This document shows positions 49,769 to 62,822 of a DNA stretch of 64,000 nucleotides, piece by piece; position 1 is the stretch's first letter, and each line of letters begins with the position of its first letter. The notes under the pieces were generated by a model that had not been told where the DNA came from, did not search any database, and worked only from the letters and a program-made list of their open reading frames with translations. A program made the position numbers and the translations under genes. Source of the stretch: Octopus sinensis (taxonomy: Eukaryota); NCBI RefSeq assembly GCF_006345805.1, contig NC_043010.1, forward strand, positions 34,534,001 to 34,598,000. The letters run 5' to 3'.

Positions 49769-50771
49769 TAGGGTGTATGAGGTATTTGAGGACATATCTC
49801 TTTTGGGGGGTTATTGCTGCATTTTTTGCTAACTCTGTATAATCTTTGTTTCAGAAAATGATAATGGAAGACCCTTAGTTTACTCAAGAAATGAAGAAGC
49901 ATGCTGTTATTGTGGTTATAAAGACTGAGCATAGGGATAGAAATATCTTGAGTTTTAAAAGTTGTCTACAAAGTTTGTAAGGAGTTAGAGAATGAAGATG
50001 GAAACGTATTACCAGTATTAAAACATAAAAAGCATTCTAAGCACTCTGAAATCATCAGAACACCCAAATTTATCCAGCAAGTTCAACAGACCATTGATTA
50101 CAATCCCAGAAAGTCCATGAAGTCAATTGCAAAAGATCTCCATGTGTCAGAAGGAACTGTCAGAAATGTCTATGAAGACATCAGATATAAATCTTATATA
50201 GGTCAAAAGAAAATCACTACATCAAATCTAAAAGGCTCTTAAACAAACTGAAAAATCCAGCAGAAGATTTGATTTGTTTTTTCTCAAATGAGAAAAACTG
50301 ACCGAGATCAAAAAGTTAACAGAAGAAATGATAGATGGTTATGTGCAGACCCTTCTGAAGTTTCAAGTGTTATCCATACAAAGTTTCCTGCAACTGTCAT
50401 GGTTTTAGGGGTTGTTAGCAATGAAGGACATGTGATGCCTCCTTACTTCTTTCCACAAAGCCTTAGAGTTAACTCTGCTGCCTACATTGAGGTCCTGGAA
50501 ATAATTGTTAAGCCCTGGATAGACAGTGTATGCAATGGAAGGCCATATGTGTTTCAGTAAGACTCTCTCCTATCACACACGGCTCTAGTAACACAGGTCA
50601 TATAGAAGCAATTGTTGAAACTGAAGGTGGCTTTATTGAATAACATTATAGAAAAGAAGGTTTATCTTTATCCCATTGGCATTTTTTGATAAATAAAGTT
50701 ATTATCTGTTATTATATGTCTATAGTTTTTTTATAAACATAAATCTCTCCTCAAATATCTTATGCACCCTG
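49769..50771 (+). mobile_element. Internally deleted Tc1/mariner transposon (maT/DD37D-like), pseudogenised
   Basis: TIRs tagggtgtatgaggtatttgagga / tcctcaaatatcttatgcaccctg flanked by TA. Remnants FSNEKN (50281), DQKVNRRNDRW...GRPYVFQ*DS and HIEAIVETEGGFIE*. Confidence 0.9.
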
Positions 50772-50785
50772 TATATATGTATATA

Positions 50786-51010
50786 TGAAGTGTGCTGGAA
50801 AGTTCCTTGCTGTAAAAGTATTGCGAAAAACCTGGTTGGAGGTTCAACCTTCTCAGTTCTTTCACAGGGCTTAGAAAAACTGAAGGACCACTGCAATAAG
50901 TGTGTGAATCTGAGGTGGTGGGGTGATGAATATGTTGAATAAAATTATAATTAACTGATCCTCTTGTATTTTCTTTTACCCAAAGCCAGGAACTTTTCTA
51001 CACCCTTTTG
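50786..51010 (+). mobile_element. mariner-derived MITE
   Basis: TIRs tgaagtgtgctggaaagttccttgct / agccaggaacttttctacacccttttg with TA flanks; retains QGLEKLKDHCNKCVNLR..GDEYVE*, a mariner-type C-terminus. Confidence 0.8.
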
Positions 51011-51620
51011 TATGTACATATATATATATATATCATCATTTATCTGTCATCTTTGGAATGGATTGGCTCGTTTGACAGGATTCAATGAGCCAGAGGAATG
51101 TGTTGAACTCCAATATTTACTTTGCCATAATTCCTGCAGCTGGATACACCTCCTACACAGTGTACTGGCTGCTTTTTACAAGACATCAGCATCAGTGAAA
51201 ATGCAAAGTAACTCACAAGACAAAGAAAGATCGCCCCTTTGATGGAGGGGGGATGTAGTGGAGAGGGAGGTGGCTTTATGCCAGATGATAAAAAGCTAAA
51301 GTATGATAGGAAAGACATGTGGTTACGCTTGTATTATATAAGGGTGGACGAAAATAGCTGATGGGAAAATGAAGATCATAGTGACAAGGTATCAGTGTCT
51401 ACTCTCAAGGTACAAGAAGGTGAGTATAAAAGAGAATATGGATAGAGGATTGGGAAGGGCAGGGGAATAAGTTCATACAAGTGTGAAAGGAGAATGACAG
51501 ATAGTTAGAGATGTGGGTAGAGGAGAAATTTCTGAATGATGAACACAGGTGAAGGTGTTGTGTATGTATATGTTCACACATACACACACACACACATATA
51601 TATCTTTATATACATATAAA

Positions 51621-52013
51621 GGAGTGGCTGTGTAGTAAGTAGCTTGCTTACCAACCGCATGGTTCTGGGTTCAGTCCCACTGCGTGGCACCATGGGCAAA
51701 TGTCTTCTACTATAGCCTCGGGCTGACCAAAGCCTTGTGAGTGGATTTGGTAGACGGTAACTGAAAGAAGCCCGTCGTATATATGCATATATATATATAT
51801 GTATGTGTGTCTGTGCTTGTCTCCCCAACATCGCTTGACAACCAATGCTGGTGTGTTTACGTCCCCGTAACTTAGCGCTTCAGCAAAAGAAACCGATAGA
51901 ATAAGTAATAGGCTTACAAAGAATAAGCCCTGGGCTCAATTTGCTTGACTAAAGGCAATGCTCCAGCATGGCCACAGTCAGATGACTGATACGAAGTTAA
52001 AGGGTAAAAGAGT
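51621..52013 (+). mobile_element. SINE family A, full length
   Basis: Head to tail match. Confidence 0.92.
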
Positions 52014-55000
52014 ATACATACACACACATATATATACATATATGTGTATGAGTATCATCACCATATGATGATACACACACATGATTTGTCTGTTTGTCTC
52101 AACAATTTAACATGAAACTGAAGGATATCAAGCAATTTTCGATACAGTACATTTATAATAATTTTTGCAAAGGGAAGATTAACAATTTTGGCTTGCTTAC
52201 CATTGTCACTCTGATGATGGTGAGCAAGCCAAAACCTTGATGACACTGTCAACATTTTACTAATATGTATATATGTGTATGTGTGTGTGTAAATAAATAT
52301 ATATATACCCATGCAGATCCCTAGACATGTAGATCCCTTTGTGGGAACCTCCTCTGCACACTCCTCTCATAGTAATTTCCTCATTCCCTAACATGAAGCT
52401 GACCCCCACCTCCAACTCACCACATTGGGCACACTGGATCCTACCAAACCATCCAACCTATGTCAGCATGTTAAATAATTATATATATATATATATATAT
52501 ATATAGTCATGAGCAAAAGTTTTGAACATTTGTTTTAAATATTAATATTGTTATGCCCAAGTATAATTCGATGCAAATATATACAATGTATATACTTGGG
52601 CATTTAATATAAAAATTCTAATTTTCAGACTTATGTTTCAAACCTTTACCCACAACTGAATACACACACACATATATATATATATATACATATACATACA
52701 TACACACTCACACACACACACATATATATATGTATGTATATGTGTATGTATATATATATATATATGTATATATATATGTATATATATGTGTGTGTGTGTG
52801 TGTATAATATGATCTATACAAATACATAATGAAATGCTTGGCATGAATTTGATCGTAAGACCTATTTGCCTGTCATCCAATACTATATCTGCCTAACTAT
52901 TTGGTCCCCTACTTCTTGACTGGGATCATGATGACTTGATGGGATCGTAAGGTTCAGCGATTTTTATATGATTGCTAATGGTATAAGTAGATGTGATATA
53001 CATTATGGCTAGCATGTTAGTCTGTCACAGGTAACAAACATACAAGATGATCTAATATAGTGTATAGTTAGACATATTACTCACAGATAAATGGACTGAG
53101 GGCTCACCCATGCTTCTTGAAGATTACATTAAGGGTACACATGTCTGTGGGATACTAAGGCACTTACATGTTAATGTTTGAGACAAATATGGGCAATACC
53201 ATAACATAACTATATTGTATTCTTTGAGAGCATGTGGCATTGTTCACATTTGCTATTTGAAACATATACAACAAATAGATCTCAAGACAAAATTTGCATC
53301 CATGAACTTTCAATCTTTTGATCAACTGAACCATTTACTCATGAAATTAGCATATAAGAGGCAGAATACTCCACAGACATGTGTACACTTAATGTAATCC
53401 TCAGGCAGGAGGTCAATGTATTAAAGTGTATGAAAAGGCTGTACCATTGAACTAAATGTACTATCCATCTGATGAGACCCCATACAGTTTCTGTCTGCCA
53501 TGTATGACTTGCAAGCTCAGGTTCACCTCAGGTATATATATAGTAAAATACACTTGCACCAGAGTCCATGCAGTCAGTTTGAACCCAGGACCTTATGGTT
53601 GCAAAGCAAATTTCTTAACCAATCAGCCATATTTACACTGTTATACTCCCATCAACATCTTTATTCATTTGATCATTATAATCATTAAAATTACCATTAT
53701 CAACTTTTTGATGATAATAATTATGGCAGTAGACAATAGAACTGGTAGAGCAACAGGCTAAATGTCTCGTGATTGTTAGTTATGGCCATTCATGTTCTGA
53801 CTTCGATTCTTGCTGATGTTTACTTTGCTTTTGGTATTTTCTGAGATTGATAAAAAAAACTATCAGTTGGATACTGTTGTTGATATAATTAACCACATTT
53901 TCTCTCCCTACAAAGCTTGTGTGTGTTTGTATGTGTGTATGTATGTATGTATGTATGTATGTATGTATGTATGCATGTATGTGTGTATGAGCAAAGGTGT
54001 GTGTGTATGTGAGAGTGACCTTGAGTGAGTGTGTGTATTAAAATTAGAAATCTCAGTTATTATTTCAATCATCACCATCTTCATTATTATCAATGGAAAT
54101 AGTTGAAACACTAGCATGATAGATTAAGTACCTTGTGGTACTATCTAATTACATCCCTTATATATTCTGAGTTCCAATCTGATCAAAGCTGACCTTGCCA
54201 TTCTTTCTTCCGGTGGGGTGGGAGTAAGAGTCGATAATATAAATACCAATCAAGTAGATGAAGTTGATTTAATGGAGTGCAACTCTGCTCACACTAAATT
54301 TTTTGGCTTTGTGCCGAGGAAATAAATAATTATTATAAGTGGATAGACACATTATTCCTTTTAGTTTAGAAATAAAAGATTCCTTGTTCAAATCCAGTCT
54401 GGTACTATGCACACATCCTGGAATAAGACACTTGATTGTAATCATAGATCAAAGTAATTGAAATATAGTGTTGATATAATGATTAAAAAATATTTTTTCA
54501 TATTTAAAGCTGAAGTCATCATCATCATCATCGTCATCATCGTCATCATTGGTTTTCCACATAGGCATATGGCCTCTAACTATTGTGTTTGAATTTAGAT
54601 GATTATACTGAATTCAGTACTTGAGTAGTACTTTATTTGGTTAACTCCTGGAAGAATGAAAGACATGGTTGACCTCAGCAGGATATGAACTCAGAATGTA
54701 AAGGAATATAACTGAATACAGAAAGGTATTTTGCCCATCACTGCTGATCTAAGCACAAGGCCAGAATTTGTTGGATTTTTTAGATGGAAGGGGTTAGTCA
54801 ATAAAATCAACCCCAGTGCTTGACTGTTACTTTATTTTATTGACCTCCAGAAGGACGAAAGGCAAAGTTGATCTTGGTGGGACTTGAACTTAGAATCCAA
54901 AGGACCACGACTAAATACTGCAAGATATTTAGTCTGACACTCTTATGAGTCCATCAATCTATCACTCTATAAAAATATTTTTAACAACTACTTATGTTAG

Positions 55001-55574
55001 ACATTTAAACATTTAATCATTATTATATTTTGGAAAGACTGAATAGTGAACTGGAAGGGTTTATAGGGCTTCAAACAAAATAGGGTGAAGTCATTTAATT
55101 TTTTTTTCACCTAATTTTGAAATCAAATACCATAGAAATCAAGTTTCCTCTTTTTATCTTTCTGCAGGGGGGTGTCAATAACATAAGTACCAAATCAATT
55201 GCTCCAAAATGTTCTGGCCTAGTGCCGTAGTGAAAAATCATTATTATATTGTTACTACAATATTATCTGCACCAGATAGATAGTTTAATCATGGGCTGTA
55301 CTGCTAAAGGCTGAAATAAGTCCAAAAATTATATATTATTTAGAGCCACTGTCATTCATTGTACATTTTTGGCTAGCCACTATAATTATTTATCATATTT
55401 GATGGTACATACATTGAATTTAGTGTTCAGTTACAAAAAAATGATTCCCTCATCATTTAGTAAGTTAAATAATATATGTACATATGCATGTATATGTACA
55501 TACTTACATACATGTGGGGACACACACACAGACGCACGTACAAACACACATATGTATATATGTGTGTGTGTGGA

Positions 55575-55942
55575 TGGAGGTGCAATGGCCCAGTGGTTAG
55601 GGCAGCGGACTCGCGGTTTCAATTCTCAGACTGGGGGCTGTGAGTGTTTATTGGGTGAAAACACCTAAAGCACCACAAGGCTCTGGCAGGGGCTGATGGC
55701 GAACCCTGCTGTACTCTTTCATCACAACTTTCTCTCACTTTTTCTTCCTGTTTCTGTTTTACCTGTATTTCAAAGGGACAGCCTTGTCACACTCTGTGTC
55801 ACGCTGAATCTCCTTGAGAACTACGTTAAGGGTGCACGTGTCTGTGAAGCGCTCAACCACTTGCACGTTAATTTCATGAGCAGGCTGTTCTGTTGATTGG
55901 ATCAACTGGGACCCTCATCGTCACAACTGACAGAATGCCACG
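55575..55942 (+). mobile_element. SINE core E + tail 2
   Basis: Head tggaggtgcaatggcccagtggttaggg; core shared with 3522-3812, tail shared with 31600-31750. Confidence 0.85.
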
Positions 55943-55949
55943 ATATATA

Positions 55950-55988
<39 letters not shown>

Positions 55989-56675
55989 AAATTATATAAA
56001 TGGCAAGGGAACAGGAAACTATGCAAAGAACTTCATTAGTATCATTATTCCTAAGTGATGTATATATATTATATGTCACCTTGGGTATATAGTATATAAT
56101 ATCTTTTATAATCCTGGGTTGACCAAAGCCTTGGGAGCTGATTAGGTAGATGGAAACTGAAAGAAGTCTGTCAATTATATGTGTGTGTGTGTGTGTGTTG
56201 GTATCTTATTGTCTTGACTTTGCATGCTTGTTGTAAACAAGTGTCTCAAACATACAAAAGGTATCCTTTATTTCCAATCTTCCATGAAAACATTGTCCAG
56301 CCACGGGGGAATATTACCTTACTTGGAAGCAGATGAAGGTTGGCAACAAGAAAGGAATCAAGCCATAGAAAATCTGCCCCTGAATTAGGTTCTTTCGATG
56401 AGCTGATGAAACTTTAAGTTACATGGAGATGAATGAAAGAATGAAATTCTTATCATTGAACAATATATGTAACTCCTGTCACATGTGATGAGTACCACAT
56501 TTTTAGTTTGTCTACTCACATGTGCATATATGCACATGTATATAAAATCCAAAGGAGAAGACAGAGAAAGAGTTTATCATATCTTTAACGACCAGTTACA
56601 ATTGTTTCTGTACCATTCTGTTTTTAACATCAAGTCATGCAAAATTTCCATATGAAAAGTTATGTAATAGGTGTA

Positions 56676-57063
56676 GGAGTGGCTGTGTGGTAAGTAGCTT
56701 GTTTACGAACCACATAGTTCTGGGTTCAGTCCCACTGCGTGGCACCTTGGCCAAGTGTCTTCTACAATAGCCTCAGGCCGACCAAAGCCTTGTGAGTGGA
56801 TTTGATAGATGGAAACTGAAAGAAGCCCATTGTATATTCGTATATATATATGTATGTGTGTTTTTGTGTGTCTGTGTTTGTCCCCCCCAACATCGCTTGA
56901 CAACCGATGCTGGTGTGTTTATGTCCCTATAACTTAGCGGTTCGGCAAAAGAGACTGATAGAATAAGTACTAGGCTTACAAAGAATAAGTCCTGTGGTCG
57001 ATTTGTTCGACTAAAGGCGGTGCTCCAGCATGGCCACAGTCAAATGACTGAAACAAGTAAAAG
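56676..57063 (+). mobile_element. SINE family A, full length
   Basis: Head to tail match. Confidence 0.93.
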
Positions 57064-57855
57064 TGTAATGCTTGCAGTTTTATAAATAGAGTGGCACTTC
57101 ATCAAACTTACATCAAAGGTGCACTCTTACATTGTGCATTGGCATATAGAATTATACATGCATGCATGCACACACACACACGCACACACACACATAATAC
57201 GCACACACATACAACTGATAAATATACATTGGTGGTACTAGAAGTACCCAATGTTGAGTAGAAAGTACTTAATACATGATATATGCAGTGTGAAAGAGAT
57301 TTATACTAACTGAAATTAATATTTATCAAAAAAGAAAACCATACAAGTTTGTGCATGCACATGTGTGTGTGTGTGTGTGCTAATATATTGAACATTTTTC
57401 AAACTGTCAGCACTATTATGTCAGCACTATGTTAGCACTATTATGCAAATTAGATTGACCAGTTAAGTGAAGCCCAACTTTACATGCACTTATAAACAGG
57501 TATAAGCTGCTACTCTCTTTGCAAAACGAAGGTGAAGGTCTAAGTAGACTAGAAACTGTTTGATAAAATTCCATTTTTCTCTGCTTATGGAGAGACAGGA
57601 CTTGCTATGTAGCCTCATGTTTGCTTCTTCACAGTAAGATTAATGCTATATGTTTATTACAAAAGGCACATAAAATTTCATATTATATACCCTCAAATAG
57701 ACACACACATATACATCATCATCATCATCGTTTAACGTCCGTTTTCTGTGCTAGCATGGGTTGGACGGTTCGACCGGGGTCTGGGAAGCCAGGAGGCTGC
57801 ACCAGGCTCCAATTTATAATACATACATAATGCTTTATAAATATATGCATATGTG

Positions 57856-57925
<70 letters not shown>

Positions 57926-57954
57926 TCACTTATAATATATAATAATCCTTTTTA

Positions 57955-58159
57955 CTATAAGCACAAGGCCTGAAATTTTGGGGAAGGGGGAAAGTTGATC
58001 ACCTCAACCCTAGTACTTGACTGCGACTTAATTTATCGGCCCCAAAAGGATGAAAGGGAAACTCGACCTTGGCGGAATTTGAACTCAGAACGTAGTGGCA
58101 GATGAAATAGCGCTAAGCATTTCACCCTTCATGCTAACGACTCTGCCAGCTTGCCACCT
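57955..58159 (-). mobile_element. SINE family B (short tail)
   Basis: Homologous to 7590-7807. Confidence 0.88.
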
Positions 58160-58321
58160 TAATAATAATAATGATAATAGTAAGAATAATAATAATAATA
58201 ATAATAGTCAAGACAATGAGCGCGATTCGATTGTAAGATATTTTATTAGTTGAACAAATCACACTCTTCGTCTTGACCGTTTACATTTGTGAAGAGTTAC
58301 GTCAATCCTTTTTAAAATATG

Positions 58322-58375
<54 letters not shown>

Positions 58376-59654
58376 TAATAATAATAATAATGAGATGAGG
58401 ATGGAAATTCATAAGCTTTAATTATGCATATGCACACATACATATAATATATATTGTAAACATTTATTATACAATATACATAATGTGTGTGCGTGTGCTC
58501 ATGAGAAAAATTATGAAAAATATCTACAGGTGTTCATAAAACTGGTGCTTGCAACCACCTACTCACAAGTGTTAAGCAATGAAACCTGGATCCCCCATCC
58601 CACACCTTGTCATGGATTTTAACGTTGCCAAAACAAATATCCTGTGGCCCTCCTTCTGAGTACTGCAAACGGCTTGAGGTAATGTAGAATTAAGTGTCTT
58701 GTTAAAAGAAAAAAAAAATCACCAAAATACTTAGGGTAGACTCAAGCTGGTAATCAATAATTTTGAAAGTAGAAAAATTCATTCAGACATATGAATCTGT
58801 TTTTTTTTCCATGTATGTATATGTGTGTGTGTGTGTATGTATGATGGGTACAGTTATGTCTGGATGGTGAAGATGTTAGATGCAGTGTTGAGGTTTTGCG
58901 TTTGATTCAGCTGCAGAGCCCCTCAAGCAAGTGCTCTTGCCACAGCCTGGTGTTAACCTGATTCTATTGAGGGCAACTGGGTTGATGGAAACTGGACACC
59001 CATTGGAATGACTATACTTGAGGGAAGTATCTGGGGAATACACAGCCACATTAAATATATCTAATGAGCAGGTAGTTCCATAACAGAAAGACTCAGTATC
59101 AAAACTGAATGCGGATCTACTTACTAGTGTGTGTGAGTGTGTGTGTGTGAGTGTGTGTGTGTAAGTGTGTGTGTATGTGAGTGTCTGTGTGTGAGTGTGT
59201 GTGTGTGTGAGACTTGTGTGCATGTATGTGTGCAAGTGTGTATGACTTGTGTGTGTGACTTGTATGTGTGTGTTTATGTACTTAGTATGTGCATGTGTGT
59301 ATGTGTATGAGAAAGAAAAAAGCAAAAAAAAAACAAGTGTCAAAGAAAGATAAAGAGTAAAGACGTAGAAGGCAAGAGAGAGAAAGAGAAAAAGATAACA
59401 AGAAAGAGAGAGATGAAAAAAAGAGAAAGTGAAAAAGAAAGAAGAGATGAAGAGAAAAAAATGACAAAGAAATTTAAAAAAATAGAGAGAGAGACAAATC
59501 AATTAAAAAACAACAAAATGTAAATTTATTTTTTTTATAAAAAAAATGGTGAAGAACACACAAAAAAACCCTACAGAAAAGTATAAGAAAGCAAAGTAAA
59601 ACTGAAAGAAAACGAAAAGAAAGAGTCTAGAAACAGCAATAAATTCTATATTAC

Positions 59655-59751
59655 CTGGTGTACGAACTCTAAGGTAGACATGGGAAAGGGTGAGGGTATG
59701 CAGCCACCGCCAGTACGAATACGAAATGATGAGAAACTGGCAGGACTGCTC
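59655..59751 (-). other. Candidate exon (97 nt)
   Basis: Minus strand atatcag| ... caccag|gtaata in a CpG-containing unique island; one frame reads SSPASFSSFRIRTGGGCIPSPFPMSTLEFVHQ. Confidence 0.2.
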
Positions 59752-60149
59752 CTGATATATATATCAGGTGTGTGTAGGTGTATGGCTATCTGTAAGTGTG
59801 TTTATGTGATTGTATCTGTTACTGCACATGTGTGTGATAGGCTGAGAGAGAGAGAAAGGGGGGATGGGGGGAATGAGAGAGAGAGAGAGAAAGAGAGAGA
59901 GAGGGAGAGAGGGAGTGATATAGAGAAAGAGATAGGGAGAGGGAAGGAGAGAAAGAGAGATAAAGTATACAGACTATTGGCTGAAGGAAGAAATGGCATG
60001 AGTTATAAATACATACATAGATAAATACACATGCACACACCCATACATGAATACACCAATATATAAATACATATACACATGCATGCACACACACACACTC
60101 ACACATATGAACAAGAGAGAGAGAAAAAGTGAGAGAGATTGAGTCCGTA

Positions 60150-60181
<32 letters not shown>

Positions 60182-60932
60182 TAAGAGAGAATCAGAAACA
60201 AAAGTGGTATCAACTATTGAGTGGTTGGGTGAGTTGAATACCCAATTACTAAGTAAAAAGATGTGTTGTGCATGTGTGTATCTTGTGTTGTGCTGTGTTC
60301 ATGTGTGTGTGTCGAATGCATGTATGTGTTGTGTGTGTGTGTGGTTGTGCTTACGTGCATTTGAATCTTCTTTATCACTACATATTACCTCTAGCATTAC
60401 ACACACACAAACACATTTAACCAAACAGGAAAAAAAAATCCTACTTGGATTATGTTACCAACAGAACACATATACTCATACATATGCAAATACTAATAGT
60501 GACGCATACACAAACTACAATACTCTCACTCCAGCAAACTCATATATGTATATAAGTATAACAGACACTAGTTAGATTCTGATACAACTAGTGTCAAGTT
60601 CCTCTGTTCCTCTGCTCTGAGTATGTATTTTTTATTCATAACCTCAGTATCCTCAGTGAAAATACACAAACACATGCATGGAAGCAGACCATGTCAGCTT
60701 GAAAAATGTGTCCACACACCTACACATACATACACGCACATGTCAAGGTCACCAGCCCTCTTCCACAAGCGCATACATATTCTCTTATACACACGCACGC
60801 TCACCTTCGTTTTGGGATCACAACTACTTTATTATCTCTCCTTCTTCCTAGCTCTCCTGTGTGACCCCTCTGTCCAGCATTTGTCATGATAGATCGCTAG
60901 CCACTACACATTCTTTATTTTCTCTCCTTGTT

Positions 60933-60970
60933 TCTTTCTGTGGAAGAGCATAGGCTCGAAACGTTAAAGA
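60933..60970 (+). ncRNA. Minimal type-I hammerhead-like motif (family P2), variant core
   Basis: tcttt CTGTGGA a gagc-atag-gctc GAAAC GT T aaaga: 5-bp stem I, 4-bp stem II, palindromic AACGTT stem III; U at position 6. Confidence 0.45.
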
Positions 60971-61183
60971 CTTTTTCACTTCCCAAGTGTTAAACTAATA
61001 CACTACCTGTCTTTGTCTTTTGTTTTTTTTTGTGAATTCTCCCTATATATATATATATATATATTATATTCAGATGAATATGGTATTTAAGTTGAAGGCA
61101 CCAGAATTTAGTATGGTATTATCCATACAATTTAAAATAAGGTGATTATAATCAAAATAAGCAACAAGGATATCCAGAGGTAA

Positions 61184-61270
61184 TGCAGTACGATCGTTTC
61201 ATGCGACTCCATTTAATTGAACAATGAAAACATTACATCAATTTAAAATGTAGAGCAATCTTCAACTGCA
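61184..61270 (-). ncRNA. Near-intact type-I hammerhead-like motif (family P3)
   Basis: Minus strand tgcag TTGAAGA [long stem II] GAAAC GATC GT A ctgca: perfect 5-bp stem I and palindromic stem III ACGATCGT. The only core change is C3 to U. Confidence 0.55.
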
Positions 61271-61435
61271 CAAAAATATAGAATTTAATTAAATTTGAAG
61301 GACACATTAGTATAATTTTACCCAAAATCTCCAAGAGGATAAGGAGATAGACAAAGAACATGTTTTACCAACAACATCACAATTGTATATATATATACTT
61401 ATATATATATATATATATATATATAGATAGATAGA

Positions 61436-62361
61436 TTGCTTGTTTGTGGCATACATTAATGACATAGATGCCAATTTAAAGAATGCCACAGTATTGAAAT
61501 ATGCAGACGACATCAAGCTGTACCTTGAAATCAAGAGGACAGATCCTGATGTCTACAACTCTTTCCTGCAATCAGACCTAGACACAATACAGCAATAGAT
61601 CACAGACTGGCAACTGAAACTGGCTGTGGACAAGTGTACCACCATGCATTTTGGGAGAAAAAACCCTGCGTCCACATACTCCCTCCACAACACTGATATC
61701 AAGAAATCCTCTTGCGAGCGTGACCTAGGCATCACTGTCAGCAGTGATTTGCGTTGGACAAAGCATATCTCTAAAATTGTCAAGAAGGCCGAGGGTGTCT
61801 TGGCATCACTCAGCAAGACTTTTGTTAGCCGCTCTCCAGCCATCTATTTAAAACTGTATACAGCTATGGTACGACCACTCTTGGAATTCGTATCATCAGA
61901 TTGGAACCCCTATCTTGCTCAGAACATTGACCTCCTGGAATCTGTCCAGAGACGTGCAACTAAACGCATACCCTCCATCAGACACCTACCATATTCTGAG
62001 CGCCTTGTTTCCCTGGGCATGGATTCACTGAAGCCCCGGCGTCTGGCGACGGACTTGGTAAACACCCACAAAGTTATCAACCACCTCACCAACAACAACA
62101 CTGAACACCTTTTTGATCTCCATGTGTCTAACACACGTGGACATGCCTACAAAGTCAGAAAACAACACAGCTCCCATGACTTTCGGAAACATATTTTCAC
62201 GCTCAGAGTTGCTGAAGCATGGAATAAACTGCCTGCATCAGTTGTTGACTGCCATGACACTGCATCCTTTAAGGCCCTCATGCTTTCCGAAATCCGCCGA
62301 AACTACACCTGATTATATATAGACTTTAGATGAGTTGTAGTGCACCTGAGCACAGTACACA

Positions 62362-62385
<24 letters not shown>
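61436..62385 (+). mobile_element. 5'-truncated CR1-clade LINE (RT domain and C-terminus)
   Basis: Frame reads LFVAYIND...KYADD (YADD at 61500-61511), has one in-frame TAG at 61596-98, then continues DKC...ERDLGI...VRPLLEF...LESVQRRATK...WNKLP to 62312; (ATT)n tail. Confidence 0.95.
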
Positions 62386-62402
<17 letters not shown>

Positions 62403-62529
62403 TGGAGGTCAAATCAATAATGAGTATGATTACTGCTTCTTTTTGAGCTGCAGAGTGAAGATTATTTGCAGCATTTTACTGCAATTATTACACAAATGTC
62501 TCTTTTTAGTTAAATCAATGCAGAATCTT

Positions 62530-62765
62530 GTCTGTAGAAAGCACCGGCACTGGTACCACATAAAGAGCATTTGTGCTGGGGTTACATGAAAAGCAGGCAC
62601 CTGTGATAGTGCTATGTAAAAAGTAGTTGGTGTTATGAAAGGTATCCAGCTGTATAAACCATGGTAAAGCAGATGACTGGGGACTAGTGGAGCCATCTGG
62701 CTTGTTAGCTCCTGTCAAACCATCCAACCCATGTCTGCATGGAAAATGGGCATTAAAAGATGAGG
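62530..62765 (+). mobile_element. Family D diverged copy
   Basis: ccatccaacccatg...catggaaaatgggcattaaaagatga tail. Confidence 0.7.
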
Positions 62766-62785
62766 GTTATGAGTATGTATGTATG

Positions 62786-62822
<37 letters not shown>

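Noticed and set aside
58207-58280. Small element with 14-bp imperfect inverted ends and GAAGA / GAATCGCG as another hammerhead
   Set aside because: The core lacks CUG and has GAAU for GAAA; too many changes to support from one copy.
58860-59120. Open minus frame ...YSHSNGCPVSINPVALNRIRLTPGCGKSTC...
   Set aside because: The + strand resembles an old SINE head (A/B-box-like plus cctcaagcaagtgctctt), and the ORF start lies in simple repeats.
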